DNA of 64,000 nucleotides from an uncultured Chlamydiales bacterium (GTDB lineage Bacteria; Chlamydiota; Chlamydiia; Chlamydiales; Rhabdochlamydiaceae): NCBI GenBank assembly GCA_963700985.1, contig OY969554.1, positions 1,056,001 to 1,120,000 of the forward strand, read 5' to 3'. Shown piece by piece: positions 1 to 8,871 of this stretch (position 1 is its first letter; each line of letters starts with the position of its first letter). The notes under the pieces were generated by a model. It saw only the letters and a program-made list of their open reading frames with translations, ran no database searches and was not told where the DNA came from. The position numbers and the translations under genes were made by a program.

Positions 1-630
1 CGCGCATTACTATCAAAGGGAGAGATGCGCACTAGCCGATGCACTCCCTTTTCTGCTTTGCAATATCCATAAGCAAAAGGGCCTGTAATTTTGTACGTAA
101 CGCTTTTGATGCCGGCCACCTCACCTTCGGACACGTCGAGCATCTCAACTTTCCAACCACGCTTATTCGCCCAGCGCTCATACATGCGCGAAAGCATCAG
201 AGCCCAATCGCAGGCTTCCGTTCCACCAGCGCCAGAGTTAATACTGAGATAGCAATTTTTGGTGTCTAGCTCGCCTGAGAGCATTTTGCGCACTTCAAGC
301 TCTGCTAAATTTTTTTCGATCGTCTCAAGCTCAGCATATAAATCTTGCACGAGCTCATGCTCTTCGCAAGCTTCAGCTTCGGGAAGAAGACTGGCTACGT
401 TATTAAAACGTTCTTTCGTCTCGTTATAAGGAATTGTCCAGGCCTTAAGATCTTTGCTGTCGGAAATGACTTTCTGCGCATTGACGGCATCATCCCAAAA
501 ATTAGGCGCGGCCATCTGATGTTCTAACTCTTCGACTTTCTTCTCTTTGGAAGCTAAGTCAAAGATACCTCCACATATGAAGAAGTCGATTTTCTATGCT
601 CTTTAATCGATCTTGTGTCTGTTCGTTCAT
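1..630 (-). CDS. prfB: Peptide chain release factor 2, 5' part (continues beyond window start); requires programmed +1 frameshift after codon 23
   Basis: Minus strand ATG at 630 reads MNEQTQDRLKSIENRLLHMWRYL then CTT TGA C. The +1 frame continues DLASKEKKVEELEHQMAAPNFWDD...SGAGGTEACDWA...GVHRLVRISPFDSNA, all RF2 motifs. Absent from the ORF track because of the frameshift. Confidence 0.97.
558..572 (-). promoter_or_regulatory. prfB programmed +1 ribosomal frameshift site (internal SD GGAGG + CTT TGA C)
   Basis: Minus strand GGAGGTATCTTTGAC matches the canonical RF2 autoregulatory slippery site. Confidence 0.95.
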
Positions 631-743
631 ATGGGCCCGTTTAAAAAATTCGAATCTGTGATCTTCTGTTTAAGACAGCTTCTAAAGTTATGCAACACAT
701 CTTAAAAAAAGTCAAAAGCTCCTCTCTATCTTTTCCTCATAAT

Positions 744-771
744 ATCGAAGATCTAGTTTGCAGACACCCTC
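744..771. mobile_element. Solo end (terminal inverted repeat remnant) of the MITE found at 8550-8796
   Basis: ATCGAAGATCTAGTTTGCAGACACCCTC matches the reverse complement of the MITE left end at 25 of 28 nt, and is followed by TTA as in the full element. Confidence 0.8.
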
Positions 772-847
772 TTAACCTTTCCTTTACAAGAATCGACACC
801 AAAATCATAATGGTGAAAATTTTACCTTTAAATCAGGAGGATACTAA

Positions 848-1354
848 ATGTCATCAATACCTAACGTTGCCGGTCATCAACACGCAGCACTACATCATCT
901 TCATCAAGAAACTCTTTCCTCAGCCGCTCAAGAAAGTCCAACTTGCTGGCAACAAACAGTAGAGTTTGCTCAAGCTGCAGGTGTTGTAATCAAAGAAGGT
1001 GCAATTCAAGTTGGAACGTGGATTGCTAATCAAACTATGTATGCAGCAGCTTGGTTAAAAGAAGCTTTTTCTTGGCTGGGTCAAGCAATCGTAGAAGTAG
1101 GCACTGCGATTAAAGATTGGGCATTGGCTCTATTTGAATTCCTTTGCGATACTGCTGTAAAGGCGTACGAGTTTGTCGCTCCTCACTTTGCGACTTTATC
1201 AAGAAATATCCGTGACACAGCAATTGAAACCTACCAATTCGTTGTAGATTTCATCAATGCTCATCCTAATGAAACTATCGTTGGCGCTGTTGCCTTAGTT
1301 GCCGGTGTAGTTGCTACGCTTGTTATTGAACGCGTTTGCTGCTGCTGTTGCTAA
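848..1354 (+). CDS. Hypothetical membrane-associated protein: 11-mer amphipathic helical repeats, C-terminal TM helix and terminal CCCCC; candidate effector
   Basis: SD AGGAGG upstream; 168 aa; periodic aromatic residues; hydrophobic IVGAVALVAGVVATLVI then ERVCCCCC-stop. Confidence 0.75.
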   Translation: MSSIPNVAGHQHAALHHLHQETLSSAAQESPTCWQQTVEFAQAAGVVIKEGAIQVGTWIANQTMYAAAWLKEAFSWLGQAIVEVGTAIKDWALALFEFLCDTAVKAYEFVAPHFATLSRNIRDTAIETYQFVVDFINAHPNETIVGAVALVAGVVATLVIERVCCCCC

Positions 1355-1377
1355 GCTGCATCTAAGAGAGAGTTTAC

Positions 1378-1409
1378 AAAATAGGAAGAGCTTTTGCTCT
1401 TCCTATTTT
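1378..1409. terminator. Bidirectional intrinsic terminator
   Basis: AAAATAGGAAGAGC-TTTT-GCTCTTCCTATTTT hairpin between convergent genes. Confidence 0.8.
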
Positions 1410-3580
1410 TTTAAGACAATTCGAAAATCTTCGGTTAGAGAGTAGTTCCAAAACCAACTCGGTTTGGATATGCTTTCTTGTGTGAAGGTGAGTTTTCCAC
1501 CCAACATTTTTGCTGTAAGACGCATGCCATCTTCAACTTCGATGTTCATGGGACCATTGAAGGTCACATCTTCAGCATAGAACTCTCCGCTTCCTAAAAT
1601 AGAGATACGGCACTCTTCTGTACGTATGATCTCTTTTTTCCAGAAGGTATGCTTCCCCTGCCAATCAATTCCAAGATTGCGCACACGTACGTTATTTAGC
1701 ACACACTTGCCCGCTTTTTCAGAATAAGCAAGCACACCCTTGCTATCGCAATGACCTAAGGGAGATTTGGCGATGATTGAAAGACTTCCATCTAGATCCA
1801 AATTAACCACATCAGCCTCAGTAAGCTCTAGGCGCAATTCGCTGCCAGATGTAATCCTTCCTCCGCGCACTTTTTGGGTGATTACAGAGTAAAGAGGGCC
1901 AAGCGCAGGATGGTAAGAAAAAAGAAAAGGAAATGGCACTGCTTTTGGAGACTTGATGAATTCCATTTTGCATCCTTCGATCAGCAGCTGGCGAGCATTT
2001 TCCATCATATCTAAGAAACAGCCCTCGGGCGTTTCGTTAAGCGGGCTGCCTGCTGTAAACTCGCGCTTGACCGTTGAAATGGTTTTTCTGCGCTGATTGA
2101 AGGTGAGGAAAGTATTAAATTCTTGTTTGCGTCTGCCTTTAGGAAGAGGCCGAGGAAAGGATTGCACAAAACAGTCCGCGATATTCTGCATAGTTGACTC
2201 AAGCCGCGCAACTTCCTCTTCCACCAGCGTATCTTCTTTTCGGTAAACCACCTTCTTTGGATTGATCACAACACCTGGAAAAGGACAAGCATCAACCGCA
2301 CGGCTGACTCCTAATAAATCGACGAATAAGATGTTCGTGTTCGATGAGAATTTGGAGCGTTCCGGGTCTTTTTTCTCGGTCTGATCAACTAACCGACACT
2401 TGTGAAAGTCGCAATACTCGATATTTGTGAGCACATATTCCACCGATTCTTCCATTTTGCGTTCGAGCAGAACGTTGATCCCTTCCATTGCGCCAACTTT
2501 TCGCGGACAGGAGGCAAAACCAAACACTTTGTCTTCTTTGCAGCCAAAACCCGTAAATGCAAGCAATCCATAATCAGTGCCTGCAATGGGATTATTGATC
2601 TGTCTTACTAACGCCTTTTTCTTTCCCTGAGACATGAGCCATTCGAATGTCTTGCTATCGCGAGCCAACTTCCAAATCACTCCATGTCCACCCGGCTTCA
2701 TCAATAATTGCAGCGGCCCTTGCATACACCACTGTCCTTTGGTATTCATGGAAGGCACAGCAGGCTGAGAAAAAAAACGGAAAGAGTTTTTCGGACGTCC
2801 AAACCAGCTATGTGTTTCACAGATCGATAAAATTTGAGCGTGATTGTCTTTTTCTTGAGAGGTCATCATCACAACGGGCGTGCACAGTTGCTTGCCGAAT
2901 AGCTTATAATGCAAATATTCACGCGCTTGGAGATCTCGAATCATGCCCTCTAAAAGTGTCATGCCACCAAATGGAAGTTTGGCAGCAGGTAGAGGAATGC
3001 CCGTTCTCATATCCTGCAAATTTAAACGATCTGCGGCTCCGCCTACGGGGTAGATCTCAGCCATCTCGGCGATTTTTTCGATGCCGATGACAATAGCCTC
3101 TCTTACTTCTTTAGTCTCTTCGGAAATATCGATTCCTTCCGGAGCGTGATAGTTCGCAGTTAATGGTAATGTAGCTGGCGTTTCGCTTTCGAACATGCAG
3201 CGCAGCATGAGAAAATGGTAACCGACAATTCCGCCCACTTCGCGATAGAAATGCTCTACGGCAAGCAGCTCTTCAACGAGCGCATGTAGTTTCTGAAATG
3301 CCGCTGGATCTCTAGCAGGAAAATCAAAAACACGTTCGCCTTGATCAATAGCAATCACAGCTTTGATCACCAGCTCGAACTCTTTGGAAACTCCGCCTAA
3401 AAAACTGCGCAAGATGCTGGGTTGACACAAAAATTCTTCGACGCGTGGAAAAGCATTTAGAATTTCAACTTTCTCATCGAGAGATGTTGCTAATTTTAGC
3501 TTTTCAACAAGCGAAGAAAGGAGCACAAATTCCCCCTTCAAAGACCCCGTTTCTTGCAAAATATCAGTACTCGTAACCAT
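1403..3580 (-). CDS. UTP--glucose-1-phosphate uridylyltransferase, chloroplast UGP3-like
   Basis: UDPGP-family motifs YPVGGAADRL, KPGGHGVIWKL, RQINNP, TNIEY and a C-terminal beta-helix-like region. Start taken at MVTSTDIL (3580); the ORF track extends to 3775. Confidence 0.85.
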   Translation of the reverse strand: MVTSTDILQETGSLKGEFVLLSSLVEKLKLATSLDEKVEILNAFPRVEEFLCQPSILRSFLGGVSKEFELVIKAVIAIDQGERVFDFPARDPAAFQKLHALVEELLAVEHFYREVGGIVGYHFLMLRCMFESETPATLPLTANYHAPEGIDISEETKEVREAIVIGIEKIAEMAEIYPVGGAADRLNLQDMRTGIPLPAAKLPFGGMTLLEGMIRDLQAREYLHYKLFGKQLCTPVVMMTSQEKDNHAQILSICETHSWFGRPKNSFRFFSQPAVPSMNTKGQWCMQGPLQLLMKPGGHGVIWKLARDSKTFEWLMSQGKKKALVRQINNPIAGTDYGLLAFTGFGCKEDKVFGFASCPRKVGAMEGINVLLERKMEESVEYVLTNIEYCDFHKCRLVDQTEKKDPERSKFSSNTNILFVDLLGVSRAVDACPFPGVVINPKKVVYRKEDTLVEEEVARLESTMQNIADCFVQSFPRPLPKGRRKQEFNTFLTFNQRRKTISTVKREFTAGSPLNETPEGCFLDMMENARQLLIEGCKMEFIKSPKAVPFPFLFSYHPALGPLYSVITQKVRGGRITSGSELRLELTEADVVNLDLDGSLSIIAKSPLGHCDSKGVLAYSEKAGKCVLNNVRVRNLGIDWQGKHTFWKKEIIRTEECRISILGSGEFYAEDVTFNGPMNIEVEDGMRLTAKMLGGKLTFTQESISKPSWFWNYSLTEDFRIVLKK

Positions 3581-3919
3581 GAAAAACACCTTGCCATTCT
3601 GCGCCGCTAAAAGGCAAGTATTTCCTGGAGTGTATGCTAAAGATTTTAAACGTCCGAATGTAAAAAATTTTAAGATTCTAGGTGCTTTCATCGATTTTTT
3701 TTGACTATAATGTCTCGAGAGAGATACAACAGTCTTTCGAGGAAAAAACTCAACAACCCTCGAGAGTCTATCCATAAAAGTTCTGTTTACTTTAAGGATA
3801 GATCCTTATGGTGAGTGCCGGAGGCAGTAGCTTCCCGAAGCACTTGATATATAAGCAATCCAACTTGGTTCTTAAAATCAGGTAGCAAGTTGGGCAAAGC
3901 ATTTTAAAGGAGAATCCAC

Positions 3920-4177
3920 ATGGCAAAAGAGAAAAAATCTAAATTCATGCAGCCAATGAAAGTTAGCGAAGAACTCGCAGCTGTTGTTGGTAGAGGTCCA
4001 ATGCCTCGCACAGAAGTAACAAAAAAACTGTGGGCCTACATTAAAGCGCACAAAAGACAAGATCCTAGCAACAAGCGTAACATCCTTCCAGATGAGAAAC
4101 TCGCTAAAGTTTTAGGAAACAAAAAAGCTGTCAACATGTTTGAAATGACCAAACTTGTTAGCGCTCACCTTTCTTAA
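3920..4177 (+). CDS. SWIB/MDM2 domain-containing protein (stand-alone, chlamydial type)
   Basis: SEELAAVVG-PMPRTEVTKKLWAYIKAHKRQDPSNKRNILPDEKLAKV...MFEMTKLVSAHL is a typical SWIB domain; SD AAGGAG upstream. Confidence 0.95.
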   Translation: MAKEKKSKFMQPMKVSEELAAVVGRGPMPRTEVTKKLWAYIKAHKRQDPSNKRNILPDEKLAKVLGNKKAVNMFEMTKLVSAHLS

Positions 4178-4184
4178 TTTCTCC

Positions 4185-4219
4185 GATGTAGAATGCAGCT
4201 TATAGCTGCATTCTACATC
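4185..4219 (+). terminator. Intrinsic terminator / strong hairpin after the SWIB gene
   Basis: Perfect 16-bp stem GATGTAGAATGCAGCT-TAT-AGCTGCATTCTACATC followed by TTAGTTTTT. Confidence 0.8.
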
Positions 4220-4246
4220 TTAGTTTTTGCATCTTAGCTTTTGAAT

Positions 4247-4936
4247 ATGCCTTATTCCACACCACTTTCTAAATCTCTTTCCATATCAGTGGTTCTGCTT
4301 GCCGGCGGAATAGGGTCTCGCATGAAAGCAAGCACACCTAAGCAGTTTCTTTCTCTCAATGATAAACCCGTAGCCTTACATAGCTTCGAGCTCTTTGCTT
4401 CTCTTGAAGAAATCTCAGAGATCATTGTTGTTTGCGACTCCCAATATCATTCGCTCTTTCCTTCAACTGTAACCTTTGCACTGCCAGGTGCACGTAGGCA
4501 AGACTCGCTTTATAATGGCCTGCAAAAAATTTCTAGCCTATGCGACCTCGTCTGTGTACATGATGCCGCACGCCCTCTTCTCCAAAAAAATGATTTACAG
4601 ACTCTTCTTGCAGAAGCTTCAAACCATCGCGCTGCCGCACTAGCCATGCCGGTGAAATGCACGATTAAGCAAGCCGACGCCCAAGGATTTGTCACCAGCA
4701 CACTCGATCGCTCTACTCTCTGGGAAATGCAAACTCCCCAAGTTGCCACACCAGCGCTTCTTGCCGAGGGATTAAAAATTGCTCAGGCAAAAAATCTCAC
4801 CATAACCGATGAAGCAGCCTTGGTAGAATTGACCGGCCACGCAGTTAAACTCGTGACTGGCTCCTATTCTAATATCAAAATCACGACGCCCGAAGACTGG
4901 GCGCTTATTGAAACTCTGTCTGCGTCATATGTTTAG
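4247..4936 (+). CDS. ispD: 2-C-methyl-D-erythritol 4-phosphate cytidylyltransferase
   Basis: LLAGGIGSRM..PKQF, GARRQDS, VHDAARP, QTPQ, TDEA, NIKITTPED motifs. Confidence 0.96.
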   Translation: MPYSTPLSKSLSISVVLLAGGIGSRMKASTPKQFLSLNDKPVALHSFELFASLEEISEIIVVCDSQYHSLFPSTVTFALPGARRQDSLYNGLQKISSLCDLVCVHDAARPLLQKNDLQTLLAEASNHRAAALAMPVKCTIKQADAQGFVTSTLDRSTLWEMQTPQVATPALLAEGLKIAQAKNLTITDEAALVELTGHAVKLVTGSYSNIKITTPEDWALIETLSASYV

Positions 4937-5672
4937 ATATAAGATTATTCTAGCCTATGACGGCACAAACTATGGAGGCTGGCAAGTACAGCCGAATGCC
5001 ACCTCTATTCAGTTTCTTGTGCAACAAGCTTTATCCACCATCCTACGCGTGCAAACGCATGTTTCTGGCTCAGGGCGTACGGATGCTGGCGTACACGCAC
5101 TGGCACAGACAGCACACTTCAACAGTGATGCACCTATCGACACACATCGCCTGCTGGCCTCTTTAAATGGCCTTCTACCTCAAGACATCCGCATCAAGAG
5201 CATCGAAGAGGCGCCTGCCACCTTCCATGCGCGTTTTGATGCCGTAGGCAAGATCTACCACTACCACTTGCATTTAGGCCGCGTTTTAGATCCTCTCAAA
5301 CGTCTTTATGCTACGCATATCCACCATGAATTAGATTTATCACAGCTCAAACAGGCTTGCTCCTTCTTCCTCGGCACACATGATTTTACCTCTTTTGCAA
5401 ATGAAGCCCATCGCGGTGCGGCGGCGCGCAACGCCGTCCGAACGCTTCAACGCTTGGATGTTGTACCAATCGAGGGTGGAATACGTTTAGAATTTGAAGC
5501 TAATGGCTTTCTGTATAAAATGGTGCGCAACATTACCGGCGCGCTTTTAGAAGTAGGTAAACAGCGCCTGGCGCCTGAAAAAATTCAGGAAATCCTGATG
5601 AGCAAAGATCGCAAAAAAGCCCCTGCCGTAGCCCCGCCACAAGGCCTCTTTCTCGTCCAAGTCAACTATTAA
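4929..5672 (+). CDS. truA: tRNA pseudouridine(38-40) synthase
   Basis: YDGTNYGGWQVQ, SGRTDAGVHA, FHARF, GTHDFTSF, GFLYKMVR, APPQGLFL. Start overlaps the ispD stop. Confidence 0.97.
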   Translation: MFRYKIILAYDGTNYGGWQVQPNATSIQFLVQQALSTILRVQTHVSGSGRTDAGVHALAQTAHFNSDAPIDTHRLLASLNGLLPQDIRIKSIEEAPATFHARFDAVGKIYHYHLHLGRVLDPLKRLYATHIHHELDLSQLKQACSFFLGTHDFTSFANEAHRGAAARNAVRTLQRLDVVPIEGGIRLEFEANGFLYKMVRNITGALLEVGKQRLAPEKIQEILMSKDRKKAPAVAPPQGLFLVQVNY

Positions 5673-5684
5673 AATGGAGTCATC

Positions 5685-6809
5685 ATGGCAACAGCACCTC
5701 GAGTGAACATATGCGACCTAAATGAAATTTACTCAAAAATTGCATATACCCTTCCACGGGAAACGCTTGAGTCCTATTTGGATGGAAAGGCTTTTGATAA
5801 TAAAACGAGTTATTCCCCCGAAAAAAGAGCAGCGCTTGAGAGAGATATCATCAATATTTTTGATAGGCAAAGCTATAGAGCAAAACTTCTTCATGCGGTC
5901 ATCTCAAATGGCGCTCCGGGTTGTGGAAAAACTGTTCTAATGTGTGCGGATCTACAAAAGACAAAAGATTCTGGTGAATTAGGTTTCTCTTATACCGATC
6001 CAGATGATGTCTGTTTAAAAGGGATGACAGAAACTTACCAAGCTGAGCTACAAGAGGCTCTTTCATCTTTAAATGCCCAAGAATTTGAATCACAAGCAGC
6101 AAGAATGGCAGCTGAAAAAAGCGTCCGCGTGGAACTTTATAATAGATGGCGTCCAGGTTCAAATGCTGCTAACCACATCATCCTCGCGCATCTAATCATG
6201 AATCAATTTGCATTTTATTTTGGAACCACCGCAACCGGCCCACAAACTCACCTATTCCTTAAGCTTCTCAAGGATACCGGTTATCACCTTAGACACTTGC
6301 ACCTTACTGCAAGCGACGAGGTTCGCTGGGGTTCTGTTCAAGAGCGAGATAAGACATTTGTGCAGACCACTGAAGTCGATATCCGTGAAAAAGGAAAGCT
6401 TTTCCCACAGCGTATCGCTGATACTTATATGAAATATGCCGATGTGATTGAATTCTATCACCGTGCAAAGGTTGATCAGACGGCTGTTTTAGGCGCAACT
6501 TGGGTAAGAAATGGCCAGACAGAAAATGGTAAACTCACCATTCATAATCCTGAAGCTTATGCACAAATCAAGACTGTTCACGATGTTGCCTGCGAGGCAT
6601 TAGGAAGAAAAGACATCCTTTGGAAAGACGCCGTCGAAAAACACTCAGAATTTGTACCACCCCCGCCCCCAGCTCCTGAAGCTGGCTATTGCGCTTGCCT
6701 TGAAAACTTTCTCCCTTCTTGGCTATTGGGAGTATTTGAAAGCGTTGCGGTCTGTATCGCATCGCTTGTGCAAGGCGTTCGAGGCTGGTTCGTCACATCA
6801 AATGCTTAA
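5685..6809 (+). CDS. Zeta-toxin-like P-loop kinase with Pro-rich linker and C-terminal Cys-rich amphipathic tail
   Basis: Walker A GAPGCGKT followed by YTDPDD and a zeta/PezT-like spacing; PPPPPAP linker, then GYCACLENFLPSWLLGVFESVAVCIASLVQGVRGWF. Confidence 0.7.
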   Translation: MATAPRVNICDLNEIYSKIAYTLPRETLESYLDGKAFDNKTSYSPEKRAALERDIINIFDRQSYRAKLLHAVISNGAPGCGKTVLMCADLQKTKDSGELGFSYTDPDDVCLKGMTETYQAELQEALSSLNAQEFESQAARMAAEKSVRVELYNRWRPGSNAANHIILAHLIMNQFAFYFGTTATGPQTHLFLKLLKDTGYHLRHLHLTASDEVRWGSVQERDKTFVQTTEVDIREKGKLFPQRIADTYMKYADVIEFYHRAKVDQTAVLGATWVRNGQTENGKLTIHNPEAYAQIKTVHDVACEALGRKDILWKDAVEKHSEFVPPPPPAPEAGYCACLENFLPSWLLGVFESVAVCIASLVQGVRGWFVTSNA

Positions 6810-7489
6810 AAACCTGTAGAAGGAATCTCTTCGAAGGATTCGAAGTGGATGATGCCTTTGGGCAGTATCTTAGATTGCGGATGTGCAAGGGGTGCAATCA
6901 GTACCCCTTTAACTCCAGCGCCTGTTAGCGCTTGAAACCCACGCAGAGAATCCTCAAAACCGATCACTCGATCTTGCGGAACCGCCAGCTGCATCACAGC
7001 CTTTTGGTAACATTCCGGATCTGGCTTGGCATGCGTGTAAAACTCACGCGTGATCCAGTGCGCAATAGAGCCCAGCTCTGGCAAAAGCTCCTTAATGCGC
7101 TCGATCTGCTCAGCTGTAGAATTCGTCACCACACACCGCTTGATATTCGCTTGTTCGAGTGCTTTTAAAAGCGGCGCCACTCCAGGCATTAGCGCAAGCT
7201 TGCCGGATTTCAGCAGCTGCATATAGGCTTGTTTCTTTTCAGCATAGAGCACTTCCCATTTAGGCTCTTGTGCATGTAACTCAGGAAACTCGGCATAAAT
7301 CGCATCGCGTAGGCCTGTTGCATTAAAATGCGCTGCCCCAAAGAAACGATGCAGCGTCCATTTCAATTCAAAGCCGCGCTGCTTGCACATTTGCACATAA
7401 GCGGCAAAGTGCAGCTCTTCTGTATTTACCAGCAGCCCGTCAAAGTCAAAAAGAAAGAGCTGGTAATTATGAATCCACTTCAAAGACAT
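6806..7489 (-). CDS. HAD-family phosphatase (beta-PGM/CbbY-like)
   Basis: Motif I FDFDGLLVNTE, motif II VVTNS, KPDPECY, and GFEDS motif IV. Confidence 0.92.
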   Translation of the reverse strand: MSLKWIHNYQLFLFDFDGLLVNTEELHFAAYVQMCKQRGFELKWTLHRFFGAAHFNATGLRDAIYAEFPELHAQEPKWEVLYAEKKQAYMQLLKSGKLALMPGVAPLLKALEQANIKRCVVTNSTAEQIERIKELLPELGSIAHWITREFYTHAKPDPECYQKAVMQLAVPQDRVIGFEDSLRGFQALTGAGVKGVLIAPLAHPQSKILPKGIIHFESFEEIPSTGF

Positions 7490-7617
7490 AGAAGAAGCCT
7501 AGTATTTAAAAACAATAACTATACCCCATTGGCCTCTTAAGCAGTATCGAAAAAATGTTTACTTTCAACTGCAAGTCATGCTATAAATTTTTCGCTTTAC
7601 ATAAGGAGGCATCTATT

Positions 7618-8442
7618 ATGAGCGCTATTCAACCCAACCCATTGATTCAACCACAAACACATACTGATCAGCCGCCGCTGGAAGATTTTACGCCGCCACA
7701 ACCCCAAACTCAGCCGGTACAGGACACAATCGCTCCAGCAAACACGCAAAATGAAAGACCACTTCCTCCTGATGAAACACCTGAAGAAGGTGGCTATTTT
7801 TCCTGTTTGGCAAACCTGCCGCCCTGCTGCCTCATAAGCACCATCTTTAAAGGCATCGGTTCTTGCTTTTCTTACCTAATCAACACAGTGTTATGCTGTT
7901 TCGGCTATCGAGCAGAAGCAAGACCAGAATTCGAGAAGATTAATGCGCAAACCGCAGCCAATCTTGGCCCTTTAGCTAATGGATTAGAAAAATGGAAAGA
8001 TGTATGGGATAACTTTAGATTTCCTTGCGCCGTCACAGCTGTAGTTAAACTCGCTAGAGCTGCCGGTGGAGAGCCAATCCATTTCGAACACCAATCCCAA
8101 TACGCGCGCAAAGAAGATTTTACTCTTTATGTAGATGCGATCAATCTCTTTGCCCAAGACATATCTGCCAACACCATTCCATTAACCGTTAACGATGGGC
8201 TAAAAATTGCGATCCTTGCTACGCATGATGTTAGCGAGCAAGAATGCGACTATTATTGTCAGTTGGATGATGACATTACCCAAGGACCTAAAACTAGAGA
8301 AGCGGTAATGAATTTGGTGAGTGAAGAGCATCCATTCGTAGGAGCTTATTTAAGTAGAGATAAGCTGTTCTACAACCCTGTCGTGACAGAGAAACCAGCT
8401 GATGAAACACCGGCAGAGACAGACACAGAAACTGAGGTCTAA
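7618..8442 (+). CDS. Hypothetical protein, candidate secreted effector (paralog of 8872-9726)
   Basis: SD AAGGAGG before ATG 7618; Pro/Gln-rich N-terminus, Cys-rich amphipathic segment; shares FPCAxTAVVK and KxFYxP with the neighbour. Confidence 0.75.
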   Translation: MSAIQPNPLIQPQTHTDQPPLEDFTPPQPQTQPVQDTIAPANTQNERPLPPDETPEEGGYFSCLANLPPCCLISTIFKGIGSCFSYLINTVLCCFGYRAEARPEFEKINAQTAANLGPLANGLEKWKDVWDNFRFPCAVTAVVKLARAAGGEPIHFEHQSQYARKEDFTLYVDAINLFAQDISANTIPLTVNDGLKIAILATHDVSEQECDYYCQLDDDITQGPKTREAVMNLVSEEHPFVGAYLSRDKLFYNPVVTEKPADETPAETDTETEV

Positions 8443-8465
8443 TCTAGCTATCTCAGCTGCTAATT

Positions 8466-8490
8466 AAGGGGCCTTAACCGGCCCTTTTTT
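8466..8490 (+). terminator. Intrinsic terminator
   Basis: AAGGGGCC-TTAACC-GGCCCTTTTTT hairpin plus U-tract downstream of the 8442 stop. Confidence 0.7.
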
Positions 8491-8549
8491 CTCTCTTAAA
8501 ATCCACATTTTTAACCTCTTACGCATTTTTTACAAAATTAAAACATTTA

Positions 8550-8796
8550 GAGGGTGTCTACAAACTAAACCTTCGATCTTTGGAAGATTTGAAGAACTCC
8601 TCCTTCGGGTAGGAGATTCTTGCTGGCGTTGTTTTTTTACTAAAAAAGATAGCTTGCCTTTGGCAAGCGGCCTATCGCGATCTTTTTCCTCCCCCCTCCT
8701 CAGCCATGTCATCTCGACATTGTCTTCGTCAGAAGAGAAAAAACCTCATCGAAAAGCTTCTCAAATCTCTAAAAGGTCTACTTTGTAGACACCCTC
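8550..8796. mobile_element. MITE (non-autonomous, IS5-family/IS1031-like ends), 247 bp with TTA target-site duplication
   Basis: Left end GAGGGTGTCTACAAACTAAACCTT and right end AAGGTCTACTTTGTAGACACCCTC are 24-bp inverted repeats (22/24 match). TTA flanks both sides (8547-8549, 8797-8799). No transposase inside. Confidence 0.88.
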
Positions 8797-8871
8797 TTAT
8801 AAAATCGAGATTGTTTCTCTATAAAGCATAATCTTGTTATAATTTTCGCTCAAAAAACTAGGAGATATCTA

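Noticed and set aside
39..527. Plus-strand ORFs 39-269 and 345-527, and the many short ORFs nested in or antisense to long genes
   Set aside because: They are shadows of prfB and other well-supported genes and have no recognisable motifs.
690..962. ORFs 690-962 and 8530-8712 sharing IExLVCRHPLN
   Set aside because: The shared peptide is just the translated MITE terminal repeat.
3082..3092. TGCCGATGACA match to the tRNA-Leu 3' end as a possible island att site
   Set aside because: Only 11 bp, inside an intact gene and outside the accessory region; chance is likely.
3812..3845. SRP RNA (ffs)-like motif GCCGGAGGCAGTAGC
   Set aside because: It lacks the GNRA tetraloop and the CAGG/AGCA internal loop of SRP helix 8, and has no long closing stem.
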